A DNA stretch of 64,000 bases from contig CAZAXD010000006.1 in assembly GCA_964489015.1 (NCBI GenBank), positions 15,574 to 79,573 of the forward strand, given 5' to 3'. Positions within the stretch are counted from its first letter, which is position 1; the number at the start of each line of letters is the position of its first letter. The notes beneath the pieces were generated by a model, which did not search any database, had not been told where the DNA came from, and saw only the letters and a program-made list of their open reading frames with translations. This document shows, piece after piece, positions 37,747-47,884 of the stretch. Made by a program: the position numbers and the translations under genes. Origin of the DNA: an uncultured Sphingobacterium sp. (GTDB lineage Bacteria > Bacteroidota > Bacteroidia > SpSt-205).

Positions 37747-38711
37747 TCATTCGCCTTAGTAGCATGGGTGATATTTTACTTACTACACCTATCTTGGAGA
37801 AACTACGGAGTATTCAACCGAATACCGAGATACATTACCTAACCCGCTCAGCGTATAAAGACCTCCTAGCTCACCATCCCGGGCTGACGGCTGTCCATAC
37901 GTGGCCCCCCTCTGAAGCGGTGCTTAGTGCCCACTGGGATGCTGTCCTGGACTTACAGAAAAACCTCCGCACGGCTAAGCTCAGACGCCGGCTTAGATAC
38001 GAGAGGTGGCATACCTTCCCGAAAGAGAATTTACGCAAGTGGCTTTATGTCCGTCTGAAGCGCCCAAGACGTATTGCGCATGTCGTTATGCGCTATGGGG
38101 AGGTTCTGCGCCCCTGGGGCGTGGCGCCTACAGCGCTAGGCCCTCTTCGCTTTTACATACCGCCGGCCGTTCAGGAAGCGGTTCGGCAGGAGTTATTGGC
38201 CATACACCCGGGTCCGTGGGTGGCTGTCGGCCTTGGCGGCACCTACGAAACGAAAAAATGGCCTAGCCTTTACCATGCTTATGTCTTAGAGCGGCTAGAG
38301 TGGCCTGCTATTCTCTTAGGCGGTTCAGCAGAACAGTCAGCGGCGGAGTTGATCGCGCAGCGGGTATCAGTGCCTGTCGTGCTTGGAGCGGGTCGCTACA
38401 CCTTGCTGGAGAGCGGCGCGGCTATCGCCGCCGCCCAGCTGGTTATCAGCCATGATACGGGTACTGCGCATATGGCTGCCGCTTTTCAAAAGCCCATCGT
38501 GCTTCTCTGGGGCAATACAACGCCTCATTTTGGCATGGCACCTTGGCAAACGCCTACTCTCCATTTAGAGGTACCGGGCTTGGGATGTCGGCCCTGCTCC
38601 AAGCTAGGCTTCAATCGGTGCCCCAAAGGACACCACAACTGCATGCGTGCGCTGACGCCAGACTGGGTTTGGCAAAAACTACAAGATTTTTTACGGGAAA
38701 CGGCCATTTAG
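37728..38711 (+). CDS. GT9-family glycosyltransferase (heptosyltransferase-like)
   Basis: 327 aa; LLVIRLSSMGDILLTTP N-terminus and GT-B C-terminal half typical of ADP-heptose:LPS heptosyltransferase-like enzymes. Confidence 0.7.
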   Translation: MSKKLLVIRLSSMGDILLTTPILEKLRSIQPNTEIHYLTRSAYKDLLAHHPGLTAVHTWPPSEAVLSAHWDAVLDLQKNLRTAKLRRRLRYERWHTFPKENLRKWLYVRLKRPRRIAHVVMRYGEVLRPWGVAPTALGPLRFYIPPAVQEAVRQELLAIHPGPWVAVGLGGTYETKKWPSLYHAYVLERLEWPAILLGGSAEQSAAELIAQRVSVPVVLGAGRYTLLESGAAIAAAQLVISHDTGTAHMAAAFQKPIVLLWGNTTPHFGMAPWQTPTLHLEVPGLGCRPCSKLGFNRCPKGHHNCMRALTPDWVWQKLQDFLRETAI

Positions 38712-39500
38712 CCCGTGCGCTTCCAACACGCGCTTGATAGCCTCATGCGCCCAAGCCCCCCCAGCCAAGATGCTATTCCCAAAGAGGAAATGAGATTCAC
38801 CATGAAAATCGGTCACGATCCCGCCAGCCTCTTGAACTAGCAGACTACCTGCTGCTACGTCCCATGGATTTAGATCCATTTCAAAGAAAACATCCAGTCG
38901 TCCCGCCGCAGTATAGGCTAAGTCTAGGGCGGCAGAGCCTAGGCGCCTCAGGCCGCCAAACCGCCGCATAATTTCACTTAGCGCAGCAAAATAGCGCTCT
39001 GCCCGCTCCGGGTCCCGATACATAAAGCCCGTCACAACCAGAAGCTTATCAGGGTCTGCTGTAGCGCTAACCTGCAAGCGCTCCTCGCCAAGGTAAGCGC
39101 CCTGGCCCCGTACCGCCCAAAAAAGCTCATCTTGAGGCACCGCATACACGACGCCCAGGACGGGCTCCCGCTCCTGCAGCAAGGCTACACTAATCCCAAA
39201 AAAGGGAATGCCGTGTACAAAATTCTTGGTACCATCCAGTGGATCTATGACCCAAAGTAGTGGCTTATCACTAGCGATAGCCCCTTCTTCTTCTAGAATA
39301 AAGCCAGCCTCAGGTAGGAGCTTGGCACATCCCTCCTGAAGCATGGCTTCTGCCGTTCGATCCACATACGAGACCGGATCTCGGGCCGTTTTGTATTCGG
39401 CTTCCTGCCGAGAAAAGTGCTTGGACTCCATACGCAGGTACGTCCCTACCTGACGAACTAGACCTTGCAACGCCGACAACGATACCACTGACTTATCCAT
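38691..39500 (-). CDS. inositol monophosphatase family protein
   Basis: WVIDPLDGTKNFV and DAAAG-like motifs (...LDVAAG...). Internal ATG 39500 is preceded by a -7 box at 10 nt. Confidence 0.75.
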   Translation of the reverse strand: MDKSVVSLSALQGLVRQVGTYLRMESKHFSRQEAEYKTARDPVSYVDRTAEAMLQEGCAKLLPEAGFILEEEGAIASDKPLLWVIDPLDGTKNFVHGIPFFGISVALLQEREPVLGVVYAVPQDELFWAVRGQGAYLGEERLQVSATADPDKLLVVTGFMYRDPERAERYFAALSEIMRRFGGLRRLGSAALDLAYTAAGRLDVFFEMDLNPWDVAAGSLLVQEAGGIVTDFHGESHFLFGNSILAGGAWAHEAIKRVLEAHGLNGRFP

Positions 39501-41011
39501 ACCGCTACCGCAAAGGTACTTAGGAAAATGGCCCCCCACTCCCCGACAATACTATAAATCGTACGAGATGGGGCAGGGTCGACCCAGGTCTCGATGCGTC
39601 CGCTTTGGCCATAAGGCAAAGCCGCTAACACCCGTCCCTGCGGTGAAACGACCGCCGAAATGCCAGTATTAGCACTCCGAACCGTAAAGCGTCCCAAACT
39701 TTGGGCTAAAAGCCGAGCATAACTAAAATGCTGATAATAGCCAGAGCTCTTTTTCCACCAGCCATCATTGGTGATAACCGCTACAAGGCTTCCAAGGCGC
39801 GCGCGCAGGTCTTGTATGAAGATGCTTTCATAGCAGATACCAACTGTCAGGAGCATGCCGTCCGGGAATAGCGGCAGGGGGCTGGGCACAAACCACGGCT
39901 TACCGAAGCTGCCGAAGCCGCCCCCGAGATCAATTTCCAACCCTCGCAGAAAGCCCAGCCACTCTAAATAAGGAACCCGCTCTACCAGAGGCACCAGCCG
40001 GCGCTTGACATGAATCAAAATCGTATCTGGCCGCAGAAGCAAGGCCGCATTGTAACTCAGATAAGATTCGCCACTGGAGAGGGATATAGCCTCGGGCGGC
40101 GCTTCACCCTTGTCAAACATCCGATAGCCGACCACCCCCAAGAGAATATTGACCTGGTGGCGCTTGACATAGGCCCAAAAGGGTTTAAGAAAGGGCTCCG
40201 CCTCGGGCTTTTGCAACGAGACCGCAACGGGGATGGCTGTCTCGGGATAGAGGATCAAGCTGCCTGGCTTCGGTGTCGCCGGAAGCCACCGTAAGAGCGT
40301 ATCTAGCTGGGCCTGCGGCGGAAATTCATTGAATTTGGCATAGGGATCGATATTCGGTTGTACGATAAAGACTGGGCGCGAAGCGCCTACCTGCCGAGGC
40401 CAGAAGGAGGCCGCTACGGGCCAGCCTACCATCCAGAACCAGCTCAGCCACCGCTTGCCCCAGGGCTCTACCCAAAGAGCTACCCCAATCAGCGTCCAGG
40501 CGGAAAGTCCTACCGGCCCCCACCAGCCAGCTAGCTGCCCCACCCACGGCCATGCACTCCACGAAAAACCCAGTATGAGCCAGCTCCAAGAAAGCTCCCA
40601 GTTCCAATGCACAAGCTCAAAGGCTATCCACAGGGGGATCCAGAGCCAGACGGAGAGCTTTGTTCGCTTACCCACCAGACGCCACAAGCTAAATGGCAAA
40701 AGCATGAGCAGAGGGTTTAGGACGATAGCGAGAGCGCCAGCCAAAAAGCTAATCACGGCTTCAGACAGATTCGGGGCGCTGAGTGCCGTCAGCGTGAGCC
40801 AGTACGTCGTAAAGAGGTTCCAGCTCAGAAGCGCTTGATAGAGATAGCGGTAGGGGCTAGTTCGACGGGCTAGACGCCACAAGAGAGGCCAGACCACGAT
40901 TTGTAGGCCCGGCACCGAGAGGGGGGGATACGCAGCGGCTAAAAGGGCCCCGCCCAGCCAGCTAGCTAAACGCGGCCTATAAAGAAGTAACCATCGTCCC
41001 AGCCGAACCAA
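39458..41011 (-). CDS. lnt: apolipoprotein N-acyltransferase
   Basis: N-terminal TM bundle plus CN-hydrolase domain (...IGICYESIF...). Start placed at the TTG 41011, just downstream of the rsmI stop. The caller's start would overlap rsmI by 68 nt. Confidence 0.75.
   Translation of the reverse strand: MVRLGRWLLLYRPRLASWLGGALLAAAYPPLSVPGLQIVVWPLLWRLARRTSPYRYLYQALLSWNLFTTYWLTLTALSAPNLSEAVISFLAGALAIVLNPLLMLLPFSLWRLVGKRTKLSVWLWIPLWIAFELVHWNWELSWSWLILGFSWSAWPWVGQLAGWWGPVGLSAWTLIGVALWVEPWGKRWLSWFWMVGWPVAASFWPRQVGASRPVFIVQPNIDPYAKFNEFPPQAQLDTLLRWLPATPKPGSLILYPETAIPVAVSLQKPEAEPFLKPFWAYVKRHQVNILLGVVGYRMFDKGEAPPEAISLSSGESYLSYNAALLLRPDTILIHVKRRLVPLVERVPYLEWLGFLRGLEIDLGGGFGSFGKPWFVPSPLPLFPDGMLLTVGICYESIFIQDLRARLGSLVAVITNDGWWKKSSGYYQHFSYARLLAQSLGRFTVRSANTGISAVVSPQGRVLAALPYGQSGRIETWVDPAPSRTIYSIVGEWGAIFLSTFAVAVWISQWYRCRRCKV
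39511..39518 (-). promoter_or_regulatory. -7 box (tacctttg) for inositol monophosphatase gene
   Basis: Exact motif 10 nt upstream of the ATG at 39500. Confidence 0.5.
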
Positions 41012-41030
41012 GGCTTGGACAGGGTCTTTC

Positions 41031-41705
41031 TTAAGACGAAGCCCCAGCCACCAGGAGGACGCACTCACCTTTGGGCGGGTGTGCCGAGTAATACGCATAA
41101 AGCTCCTCTAAGGTACCGCGTCGGACCTCTTCATGCACTTTCGTCAGCTCCCGGGCGACACAGGCCCGCCGTTCTGGACCCAAGTGCGTCCGAAGGAGAG
41201 CCAAGGTTTTGACCAGACGCTGCGGTGACTCGTACCAGATTAGCGTTCGAGGCTCGCTCAGCAGGCCAGAGAGGTAAGCGATTTGCCCCTTTCGCGGAAA
41301 AAACCCCTCAAAAGCAAACCGATGTGCCGGCAAATTGCTGGCGATGAGTGCTACGACAAAGGCAGCCGGTCCTGGCAGGACCTCTACGGGGATGCCCCGC
41401 TCATACGCAAAGCGTACGGCTAAATAACCCGGATCACAAATACCCGGAGTCCCTCCATCGGTGATGAGACCTACTTGCCAGTGCTTTTGCGTAGCCTCCT
41501 CGAAGAGCCGCCCCAGGATCGCATGCTCATTATAAGCATGCAAGGCTCGGAGCGGCTTCCGAATCTGGTAATGGCTGAGGAGCTTCTGACTGTGGCGCAT
41601 ATCCTCACACCACAAAACATCGGCGGCCCTCAAGCAATGGAGAGCTCGCACCGTAATGTCCTCTAAGTGGCCCAAGGGGGTGGGAATAACCCATAACCCC
41701 CGCAT
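41031..41705 (-). CDS. rsmI: 16S rRNA (cytidine1402-2'-O)-methyltransferase
   Basis: 224 aa tetrapyrrole-methylase fold; LWVIPTPLGHLEDIT...AADVLWCEDMRHSQKLL. Confidence 0.8.
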   Translation of the reverse strand: MRGLWVIPTPLGHLEDITVRALHCLRAADVLWCEDMRHSQKLLSHYQIRKPLRALHAYNEHAILGRLFEEATQKHWQVGLITDGGTPGICDPGYLAVRFAYERGIPVEVLPGPAAFVVALIASNLPAHRFAFEGFFPRKGQIAYLSGLLSEPRTLIWYESPQRLVKTLALLRTHLGPERRACVARELTKVHEEVRRGTLEELYAYYSAHPPKGECVLLVAGASS

Positions 41706-41708
41706 GGA

Positions 41709-42200
41709 TTAGCTCTGACTTTTGCGCCGCCCCTTCGTCGTCTTGGTTTCGCTACCGCCCCCAAGCTGGGGTATGGGCACGCCGACATCCACGGGCTTAT
41801 CTAAGATAAGCTGTGACTCGATGCGCTGCACCCCCACCTTGGCAAGCTCCGCCGTGAAAGCCTGTAGCTCCTCGACCGAACGGAAGTACGCCTCAAAGGC
41901 CAAGTTGAGCTCGCCCGTGGTGTGGTAGACTACGCCCACTTCTGCTCGCCCCCGCAAAAAGTCTAAAACCTTTTGCGCTTCTATTGCCTGGACTCGAATG
42001 AGTGCAGACAATGCATAGCCTAGTTTTTTAGGGTCTAAAACTAGCCTTTGGCCTTTAATTATGCCCCAGTCTTCTCGCAGGCGCCTAGCGCGCATGTACA
42101 CTGTCCCTACTGAAACTTTCAGCTCTTCTTTGATTTCCATAAAGGACTTTGAGGGATCCTTGGCCAAGGAAGCCAGGATTTGCCAGTCTAGCCGGTCCAT
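41709..42200 (-). CDS. Lrp/AsnC-family transcriptional regulator
   Basis: HTH (LDWQILASLAKDPSKSFMEIKEELKVSVGTVYMRARRL) plus RAM domain. Divergent from pckA. Confidence 0.8.
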   Translation of the reverse strand: MDRLDWQILASLAKDPSKSFMEIKEELKVSVGTVYMRARRLREDWGIIKGQRLVLDPKKLGYALSALIRVQAIEAQKVLDFLRGRAEVGVVYHTTGELNLAFEAYFRSVEELQAFTAELAKVGVQRIESQLILDKPVDVGVPIPQLGGGSETKTTKGRRKSQS

Positions 42201-42347
42201 TTCTTTTCTTCTCGTTTTCATACGCATGCTGAATTTTTGTACTTAATAGAAATGTCCGGCACGAAGTTACAAAATTCCCACTAATCGGAATATTCTCTCA
42301 AGAAGGCGCTATTCTGATTGACCACCCCCACCATATCAAAAACTCTT

Positions 42348-42355
42348 TACCTTTG
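42348..42355 (+). promoter_or_regulatory. -7 box (tacctttg) for pckA
   Basis: Exact motif 6 nt upstream of the ATG at 42362. Confidence 0.6.
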
Positions 42356-42361
42356 CTACCT

Positions 42362-43954
42362 ATGTTTCCTTCTACTGGCCCGCGCAAAAGTAATCTAACC
42401 GATGCACTCTATCTGAATTTGCCCGTATCGGAGTTGATTGAGCATACACTCCGCCAAGGTCTGGGAGCCCTAGCTGACAATGGTGCCCTCGTCGTCTCCA
42501 CGGGAGAGTTTACAGGCAGAGCGGCCAAGGACAAATTTGTCGTCCAGGATGCTTTTACAGCAGACCAGATCTGGTGGGGGGATGTCAATAACCCGCTCCC
42601 CAGCGAAAAGTTTGATATTCTCTATCAGCGGGTAAGGGCTTACCTACAAAATAAGACACTTTACGTTCGGGATGTTTACGCGGTAGCCCGCCCCGAATAC
42701 CGCCTCCGCGTCCGCGTGGTGAATGAGCTGCCGTGGCACAATCTCTTCGTGCGAAATCTCTTCATTGAGCCGTCCGCCGAAGAGCGCGACCAATTTGAGC
42801 CGGATTACACGATTATCGCCGTACCGGGCTTTCGAGCCGAGCCGGCTATTGATGGCACCCGCCAGCATAACTTCACCATTTTGAATTTCTCCCGAAGACT
42901 AATTTTGATCGGGGGCAGCGCCTATGCTGGCGAAATGAAAAAGAGTGTTTTCACGCTGCTTAATTATCTATTGCCTCAGCGCGGCGTGATGCCCATGCAC
43001 TGCTCCGCCAACGTTGGCTCCCAAGGCGACGTAGCGCTCTTCTTTGGCCTATCTGGCACGGGTAAAACAACGCTCTCCGCAGACCCTACTCGCCACCTAA
43101 TCGGCGACGATGAACACGGCTGGGATGACCAAGGCATCTTTAATTTCGAAGGCGGCTGCTACGCAAAGTGCATCAACCTCTCCGCTGAAAAAGAGCCACA
43201 ACTCTGGAGTGCCATCCGGTATGGCACCGTCGTTGAAAACACCAGCTTCTACCCCGGCACCCGTATTATCAACTTTGACGATGCCAGCATTACAGAAAAT
43301 ACCCGGGCTGCTTATCCGCTCAGTTTCATCCATGGCGCGGTGATTCCCTCTGTGGGCGGGAACCCCAGCCATATCTTCTTACTGACAGCGGACGCTTTTG
43401 GGGTCCTACCCCCGATTGCCCGCCTCAATAAGGCCCTCACTATGTACCACTTTCTCTCGGGCTATACCGCCAAGGTAGCCGGCACCGAAGCCGGTATCAA
43501 AGAACCGCAGGCCACCTTTTCTGCCTGTTTCGGTCAGGCCTTTTTACCCCTTCACCCTACCCGCTACGCCGAGCTTTTCGGTCAAAAAATTCAACGGCAT
43601 CAAGTTCAGGTCTGGCTCATCAACACCGGCTGGACCGGCGGGCCTTATGGCATCGGTCGGCGAATGCCGCTACCCTATACCCGGGCTATGATTCAAGCCG
43701 CTCTCAGCGGCGCACTCGAGCCCGTGAGCTATGTCAAGGATCCCGTCTTTCACGTCGAGATCCCGACCGCTGTGCCTGGCGTCCCCAGCGAATACCTCTT
43801 CCCCCGTCAGACCTGGCCGGACCCCACCGCTTACGACAAGCAAGCCGCTCACCTCGCTGAGCTCTTCCGTCAAAACTTCGCTCGGTATGCGGACTTTGCG
43901 TCTGAAGAGATAAAGAGCGCCCAGCCTGAGCCTTCCGCCGCTTTCCCCGCCTAA
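42362..43954 (+). CDS. pckA: phosphoenolpyruvate carboxykinase (ATP)
   Basis: PEPCK-ATP motifs (GLSGTGKTTLS, kinase-1a, ...IGDDEHGW...). ATG 42362 is preceded by an exact -7 box; the caller's TTG start lies inside the box. Confidence 0.9.
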   Translation: MFPSTGPRKSNLTDALYLNLPVSELIEHTLRQGLGALADNGALVVSTGEFTGRAAKDKFVVQDAFTADQIWWGDVNNPLPSEKFDILYQRVRAYLQNKTLYVRDVYAVARPEYRLRVRVVNELPWHNLFVRNLFIEPSAEERDQFEPDYTIIAVPGFRAEPAIDGTRQHNFTILNFSRRLILIGGSAYAGEMKKSVFTLLNYLLPQRGVMPMHCSANVGSQGDVALFFGLSGTGKTTLSADPTRHLIGDDEHGWDDQGIFNFEGGCYAKCINLSAEKEPQLWSAIRYGTVVENTSFYPGTRIINFDDASITENTRAAYPLSFIHGAVIPSVGGNPSHIFLLTADAFGVLPPIARLNKALTMYHFLSGYTAKVAGTEAGIKEPQATFSACFGQAFLPLHPTRYAELFGQKIQRHQVQVWLINTGWTGGPYGIGRRMPLPYTRAMIQAALSGALEPVSYVKDPVFHVEIPTAVPGVPSEYLFPRQTWPDPTAYDKQAAHLAELFRQNFARYADFASEEIKSAQPEPSAAFPA

Positions 43955-46716
43955 TGCTGAGCAGCCCCATTCGCATCCATGGTGCAAGTCAAAACAATCT
44001 CAAGAATCTCTCCTTAGACCTTCCCCGGCACAAGCTTATTGTCTTCTGCGGCTGGAGCGGCTCCGGTAAGAGCAGCTTAGCTTTTGATACAATCTATGCG
44101 GAGGGCTTCTCTAATTATGTGGAGAGCCTCCAAACCTATGTGCGCCAGTTCCTGCCGCGTTTACCCCGCCCTAAGGTCAAACGCATCGAGGGTTTAGCGC
44201 CTGCCATTGCGCTAGCGCAAAACCGCTTTACTGGCGGCATGCGCTCGACCGTGGCCACCCTCAGCGACCTCTACCCCTATCTGCGCCTACTTTTTGCCAA
44301 AGTGGGTACACTTTATTCGCCAGTCAGCGGCCAGCCCGTAATGCGCCATACGATTCAAGAAGCCGTTGAATGTATCCTGCAGCAGCCAGCAGGGACTTTG
44401 GTGTATATCCTCCGGCCCGTGCCCGGCGGGGATCCATGCCAAGCATACAAGAATCATCTAGCAGAAGGACAAGACCGCTTCTTTTACCAAGGGCGACTCT
44501 ATGAAGCGTCGGACGAGCCGCCGTTTCCGCTCATCGATCCGCTCTATGAAGTCGTAGACCGCGTCTTTATCCACCCAGCAGAGATTGACCTGCGGGCACG
44601 ACTCACAGAAAGTCTCGAGACCGTCTGGTATGCGCATCAGCGAACCGCTTGGGTCTGGGTCGAGGGAAAAGGGGAATTTGTCTTTCGAGGCGAACTCCAT
44701 GCCGACGGATACACCTTTCGGGAGCCGACGCCAGAACTCTTTAACTTCCTAAGCGCCTACGGCTCCTGTCCCACCTGTCAAGGCCGAGGCCGTGCCCTGA
44801 GTCTTCGAGAAGAGGCAGTCATCCCCGACCCCCGCAAGTCCCTCGCCGAGGGACTCGTCGCCCTGTGGGAACTGCCTTTCATGCAAAGGTTTCGGGAGGA
44901 GTTCATCGCGCTTTTAGCGATTCCGCCTGACCTACCCTATTACGCTTACACCACCCAACAAAAGCGCCTTTTATGGTGGGGCGACCCGCTGCATAAAATC
45001 CCGGGTATTTTCCCGTCTTATGAGGCTATTGCGAAAACCCGCGAGCATGGGCAAATTTTATTTACCTTTCAAGGCGAGGGCGTATGCCCTACCTGTGAGG
45101 GAAGCCGGCTGCATCCTGACACGCGCTGGGTGCGCATAGGTGCCCTGAGCCTACCCCAAGTGCTGGCTCTCTCCATTAGCGAATTTGCCCAGTACTTAGA
45201 GCAAATCAAGCTGCCCGAGCCTCGCCAGACCATTGCGAAACCGCTACTAGCAGAGCTCAAAGCACGAACCCAGTTTCTGCTAGAAGTGGGACTAGGCTAT
45301 CTCACGCTCGATCGCGCAGCGGAAACGCTGTCTGGCGGCGAAAGCCAACGCATCCAACTCGCCACTACTCTCGGCGGCCAGCTAACAGGGGCCATTTACG
45401 TGCTCGATGAGCCCACGATCGGTCTACATCCGCGCGACACGGCCAACCTCCTAAAGGCCATCCGCCGCTTGCAAGAAGCCCCTAATACGGTCATCGTCGT
45501 AGAACACGATGCAGCCGTCATCCAAACCGCAGACTGGATCGTAGAGCTTGGCCCCAAAGCTGGCCAAGAGGGCGGCCAGGTCGTCTTTCAAGGGACTTTC
45601 CTTGACCTCCTCAAGGCTAATACCCACACCGCTCGTTACTTCCAAATGCATCCCCCTCCCTTACCTGCGCAGAAACTCTCCAAGCCGTACCTTTTGGAAG
45701 TCCAGCAGGCCTGTCTGCACAACCTCAAGAATATCACTATTCAATTTCCCCTGCCGGCCATTAGCGTGGTAACGGGAGTAAGCGGCTCCGGTAAATCCAC
45801 GCTGGTACGGTATCTACTAGCGCAGCACTTAGAGCGCTTGCTTTTCCTTTATCCTAAGCCGCTAAGTACCCCTAACGGCACGTTTTCCCTGTCGGGACCT
45901 GCTTTTCAGCGGTGGGAGGTCCTCGCCCAAGATACGATTCCTCGCAACCGGCGCTCGGTCATCGCCACGGTCATGGGGATTTACGATGCGATTCGGGACC
46001 TATACAGCTTAGCAGCAGAACGGCAGGGGTTATCGTATCCAGCGACGTTCTTTTCCTTTAACGTCGAGGGCGGGCGCTGTGAGACCTGCAAAGGCGAAGG
46101 CGTCCTCATCAAACCCATGCAGTTTCTAGCGGATGTCCGACTGACCTGCCCAACGTGTCAGGGTCAGCGGTTTCAAAAGCATATCTTGGCTGTAAAACTG
46201 GGGCCGTACACGATTAGTGACCTGCTTCAGCTCACGGCCTCCGAGGCCCGGCACTTCCTTAAAGCCCTCAGTGGCTATCCAGCTCGTCTCCTAACCCAGA
46301 TCGACTTGGGGCTTGCCCTTTTAGAGGACCTAGGACTCGGCTATCTAAAGCTAGGCCAGGGCACGCCAGACCTCTCCGGCGGCGAAGCGACGCGCCTCCG
46401 CCTTTTGCCCTATCTCTTCCCCCACGCAGCGCCAACTTTATTTCTCATTGACGAGCCTACCACAGGCTTGCACTTTGATGACGTAACGCGCCTAATAGAG
46501 GTATTTCGGCGCCTGGTCGAACACGGCCATAGCCTCATCGTCATCGAGCACAACTTGGATCTCATTGCCCAAGCAGACTGGGTGGTCGACCTGGGGCCGG
46601 AGGGGGGGGACGCTGGAGGGCAGGTATGCTTCCAGGGGACGCCCGCTGAGCTGCTCGCGCATGGTCAGACCTACACGGCTCAAGCCCTCAGAGCCCATTA
46701 TGATCGGACTTTTTGA
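43954..46716 (+). CDS. uvrA: excinuclease ABC subunit A
   Basis: 920 aa; two ABC modules (GWSGSGKSSLAFDT; GVSGSGKSTL), LSGGESQRI signatures, and CxxC zinc modules. Confidence 0.9.
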   Translation: MLSSPIRIHGASQNNLKNLSLDLPRHKLIVFCGWSGSGKSSLAFDTIYAEGFSNYVESLQTYVRQFLPRLPRPKVKRIEGLAPAIALAQNRFTGGMRSTVATLSDLYPYLRLLFAKVGTLYSPVSGQPVMRHTIQEAVECILQQPAGTLVYILRPVPGGDPCQAYKNHLAEGQDRFFYQGRLYEASDEPPFPLIDPLYEVVDRVFIHPAEIDLRARLTESLETVWYAHQRTAWVWVEGKGEFVFRGELHADGYTFREPTPELFNFLSAYGSCPTCQGRGRALSLREEAVIPDPRKSLAEGLVALWELPFMQRFREEFIALLAIPPDLPYYAYTTQQKRLLWWGDPLHKIPGIFPSYEAIAKTREHGQILFTFQGEGVCPTCEGSRLHPDTRWVRIGALSLPQVLALSISEFAQYLEQIKLPEPRQTIAKPLLAELKARTQFLLEVGLGYLTLDRAAETLSGGESQRIQLATTLGGQLTGAIYVLDEPTIGLHPRDTANLLKAIRRLQEAPNTVIVVEHDAAVIQTADWIVELGPKAGQEGGQVVFQGTFLDLLKANTHTARYFQMHPPPLPAQKLSKPYLLEVQQACLHNLKNITIQFPLPAISVVTGVSGSGKSTLVRYLLAQHLERLLFLYPKPLSTPNGTFSLSGPAFQRWEVLAQDTIPRNRRSVIATVMGIYDAIRDLYSLAAERQGLSYPATFFSFNVEGGRCETCKGEGVLIKPMQFLADVRLTCPTCQGQRFQKHILAVKLGPYTISDLLQLTASEARHFLKALSGYPARLLTQIDLGLALLEDLGLGYLKLGQGTPDLSGGEATRLRLLPYLFPHAAPTLFLIDEPTTGLHFDDVTRLIEVFRRLVEHGHSLIVIEHNLDLIAQADWVVDLGPEGGDAGGQVCFQGTPAELLAHGQTYTAQALRAHYDRTF

Positions 46717-47884
46717 AGACGCTGGCTGGCAGCAGCTTTTACCCATTACCCGCACACGCCCCATTTGGGCTATCTGGTGGGGCATAGATAGGCTTTTAGA
46801 GAAATGGACGCGCTACTACGGTTGGCCGGTGGTGGGCTTCTGCCCCGCTCAGCCCATCCTATACCCACTCTATCCGCCCAAAATCCCGAGTGAAAAGCTT
46901 TTATGGGTTAATGCCCGGCTTCTACCGCATACGGCTGATCTAGTGCGCATTTTGGAGGCCCTACCGGAGGGGGCTTTTTATGAGCATGATGGCGCGGTGC
47001 TAGCTCTGCGTGCAGATATAAGCAAAAAGCTACCGACCCAGTGGAAGGCTGAGACGCTCCATGGCGCCTACCGCGCCTTATCCTGGCCTCAGGACAAACC
47101 GCCCCAACTGCTTCGTCACGTGACGGACCTTTTTCAGCAGAACCGCGCTGTACTGGAAGCCGACTGGGCCCATCTAAAAGCGCCGAGCGCGCCATTACCA
47201 GAGACGCCTTTCATCCGAGGGCGAGATAACGTCTACTTAGCACCCGGTGGGCGGATAGACTGGGCCTTTATCGATGCGGCCGACGGCCCCCTCTATATTG
47301 GCCCCAGCGCCCATATCCAAGATGGGGCTATCGTAGGAAGCCATAATGTCATCGGGCCGCAGACCGTGATCACCGCCGGTACGCGCCTACGCACGCACAA
47401 TGCCATCGGCCCCACCTGCAAGCTCGGCGGAGAAATCGGCCAGTGCACCTTTCTAGGCTTCTCTAATAAAGCGCACGAGGGTTTTTTTGGACACTCGGTC
47501 ATAGGCGAGTGGTGCAACATCGGCGCCGGCTCCAACACTTCCAACCTCAAAAACACTTACGGCCCCGTGCAGCTTTATGATATCGCCAGCGGCCAGCTGA
47601 AAGATACCGGCCTGCAGTTTTGCGGGCTCATCATGGGCGACTATGCGCGATGCGGGATTCAAACGCCTTTTACGACAGGCTGCGTGGTGGACATCGGCGC
47701 CAATATCGTCGGGACGAGTTTCACCCCTAAGTATGTGCCGCCTTTTCAGTGGGAAGCCGGCATCGAGTGGGAGCTAGGAAAATTTTTAGAGGTGGTAACC
47801 CGCATGAAAGCACGGCGAGGCGAGAAGCTAAGCCCCGAGGAACGAGAGGTCCTGATCGGCCTAAAGCTCATCGAGCGCCGCTAG
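46700..47884 (+). CDS. putative sugar-nucleotidyltransferase / left-handed beta-helix (GlmU-like) protein
   Basis: N-terminal nucleotidyltransferase-like region (MIGLFEDAGW...) and C-terminal hexapeptide repeats (...IGAGSNTSNLKN..., ...IGANIVG...). Start placed at ATG 46700, overlapping the uvrA end by 17 nt. Confidence 0.55.
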   Translation: MIGLFEDAGWQQLLPITRTRPIWAIWWGIDRLLEKWTRYYGWPVVGFCPAQPILYPLYPPKIPSEKLLWVNARLLPHTADLVRILEALPEGAFYEHDGAVLALRADISKKLPTQWKAETLHGAYRALSWPQDKPPQLLRHVTDLFQQNRAVLEADWAHLKAPSAPLPETPFIRGRDNVYLAPGGRIDWAFIDAADGPLYIGPSAHIQDGAIVGSHNVIGPQTVITAGTRLRTHNAIGPTCKLGGEIGQCTFLGFSNKAHEGFFGHSVIGEWCNIGAGSNTSNLKNTYGPVQLYDIASGQLKDTGLQFCGLIMGDYARCGIQTPFTTGCVVDIGANIVGTSFTPKYVPPFQWEAGIEWELGKFLEVVTRMKARRGEKLSPEEREVLIGLKLIERR

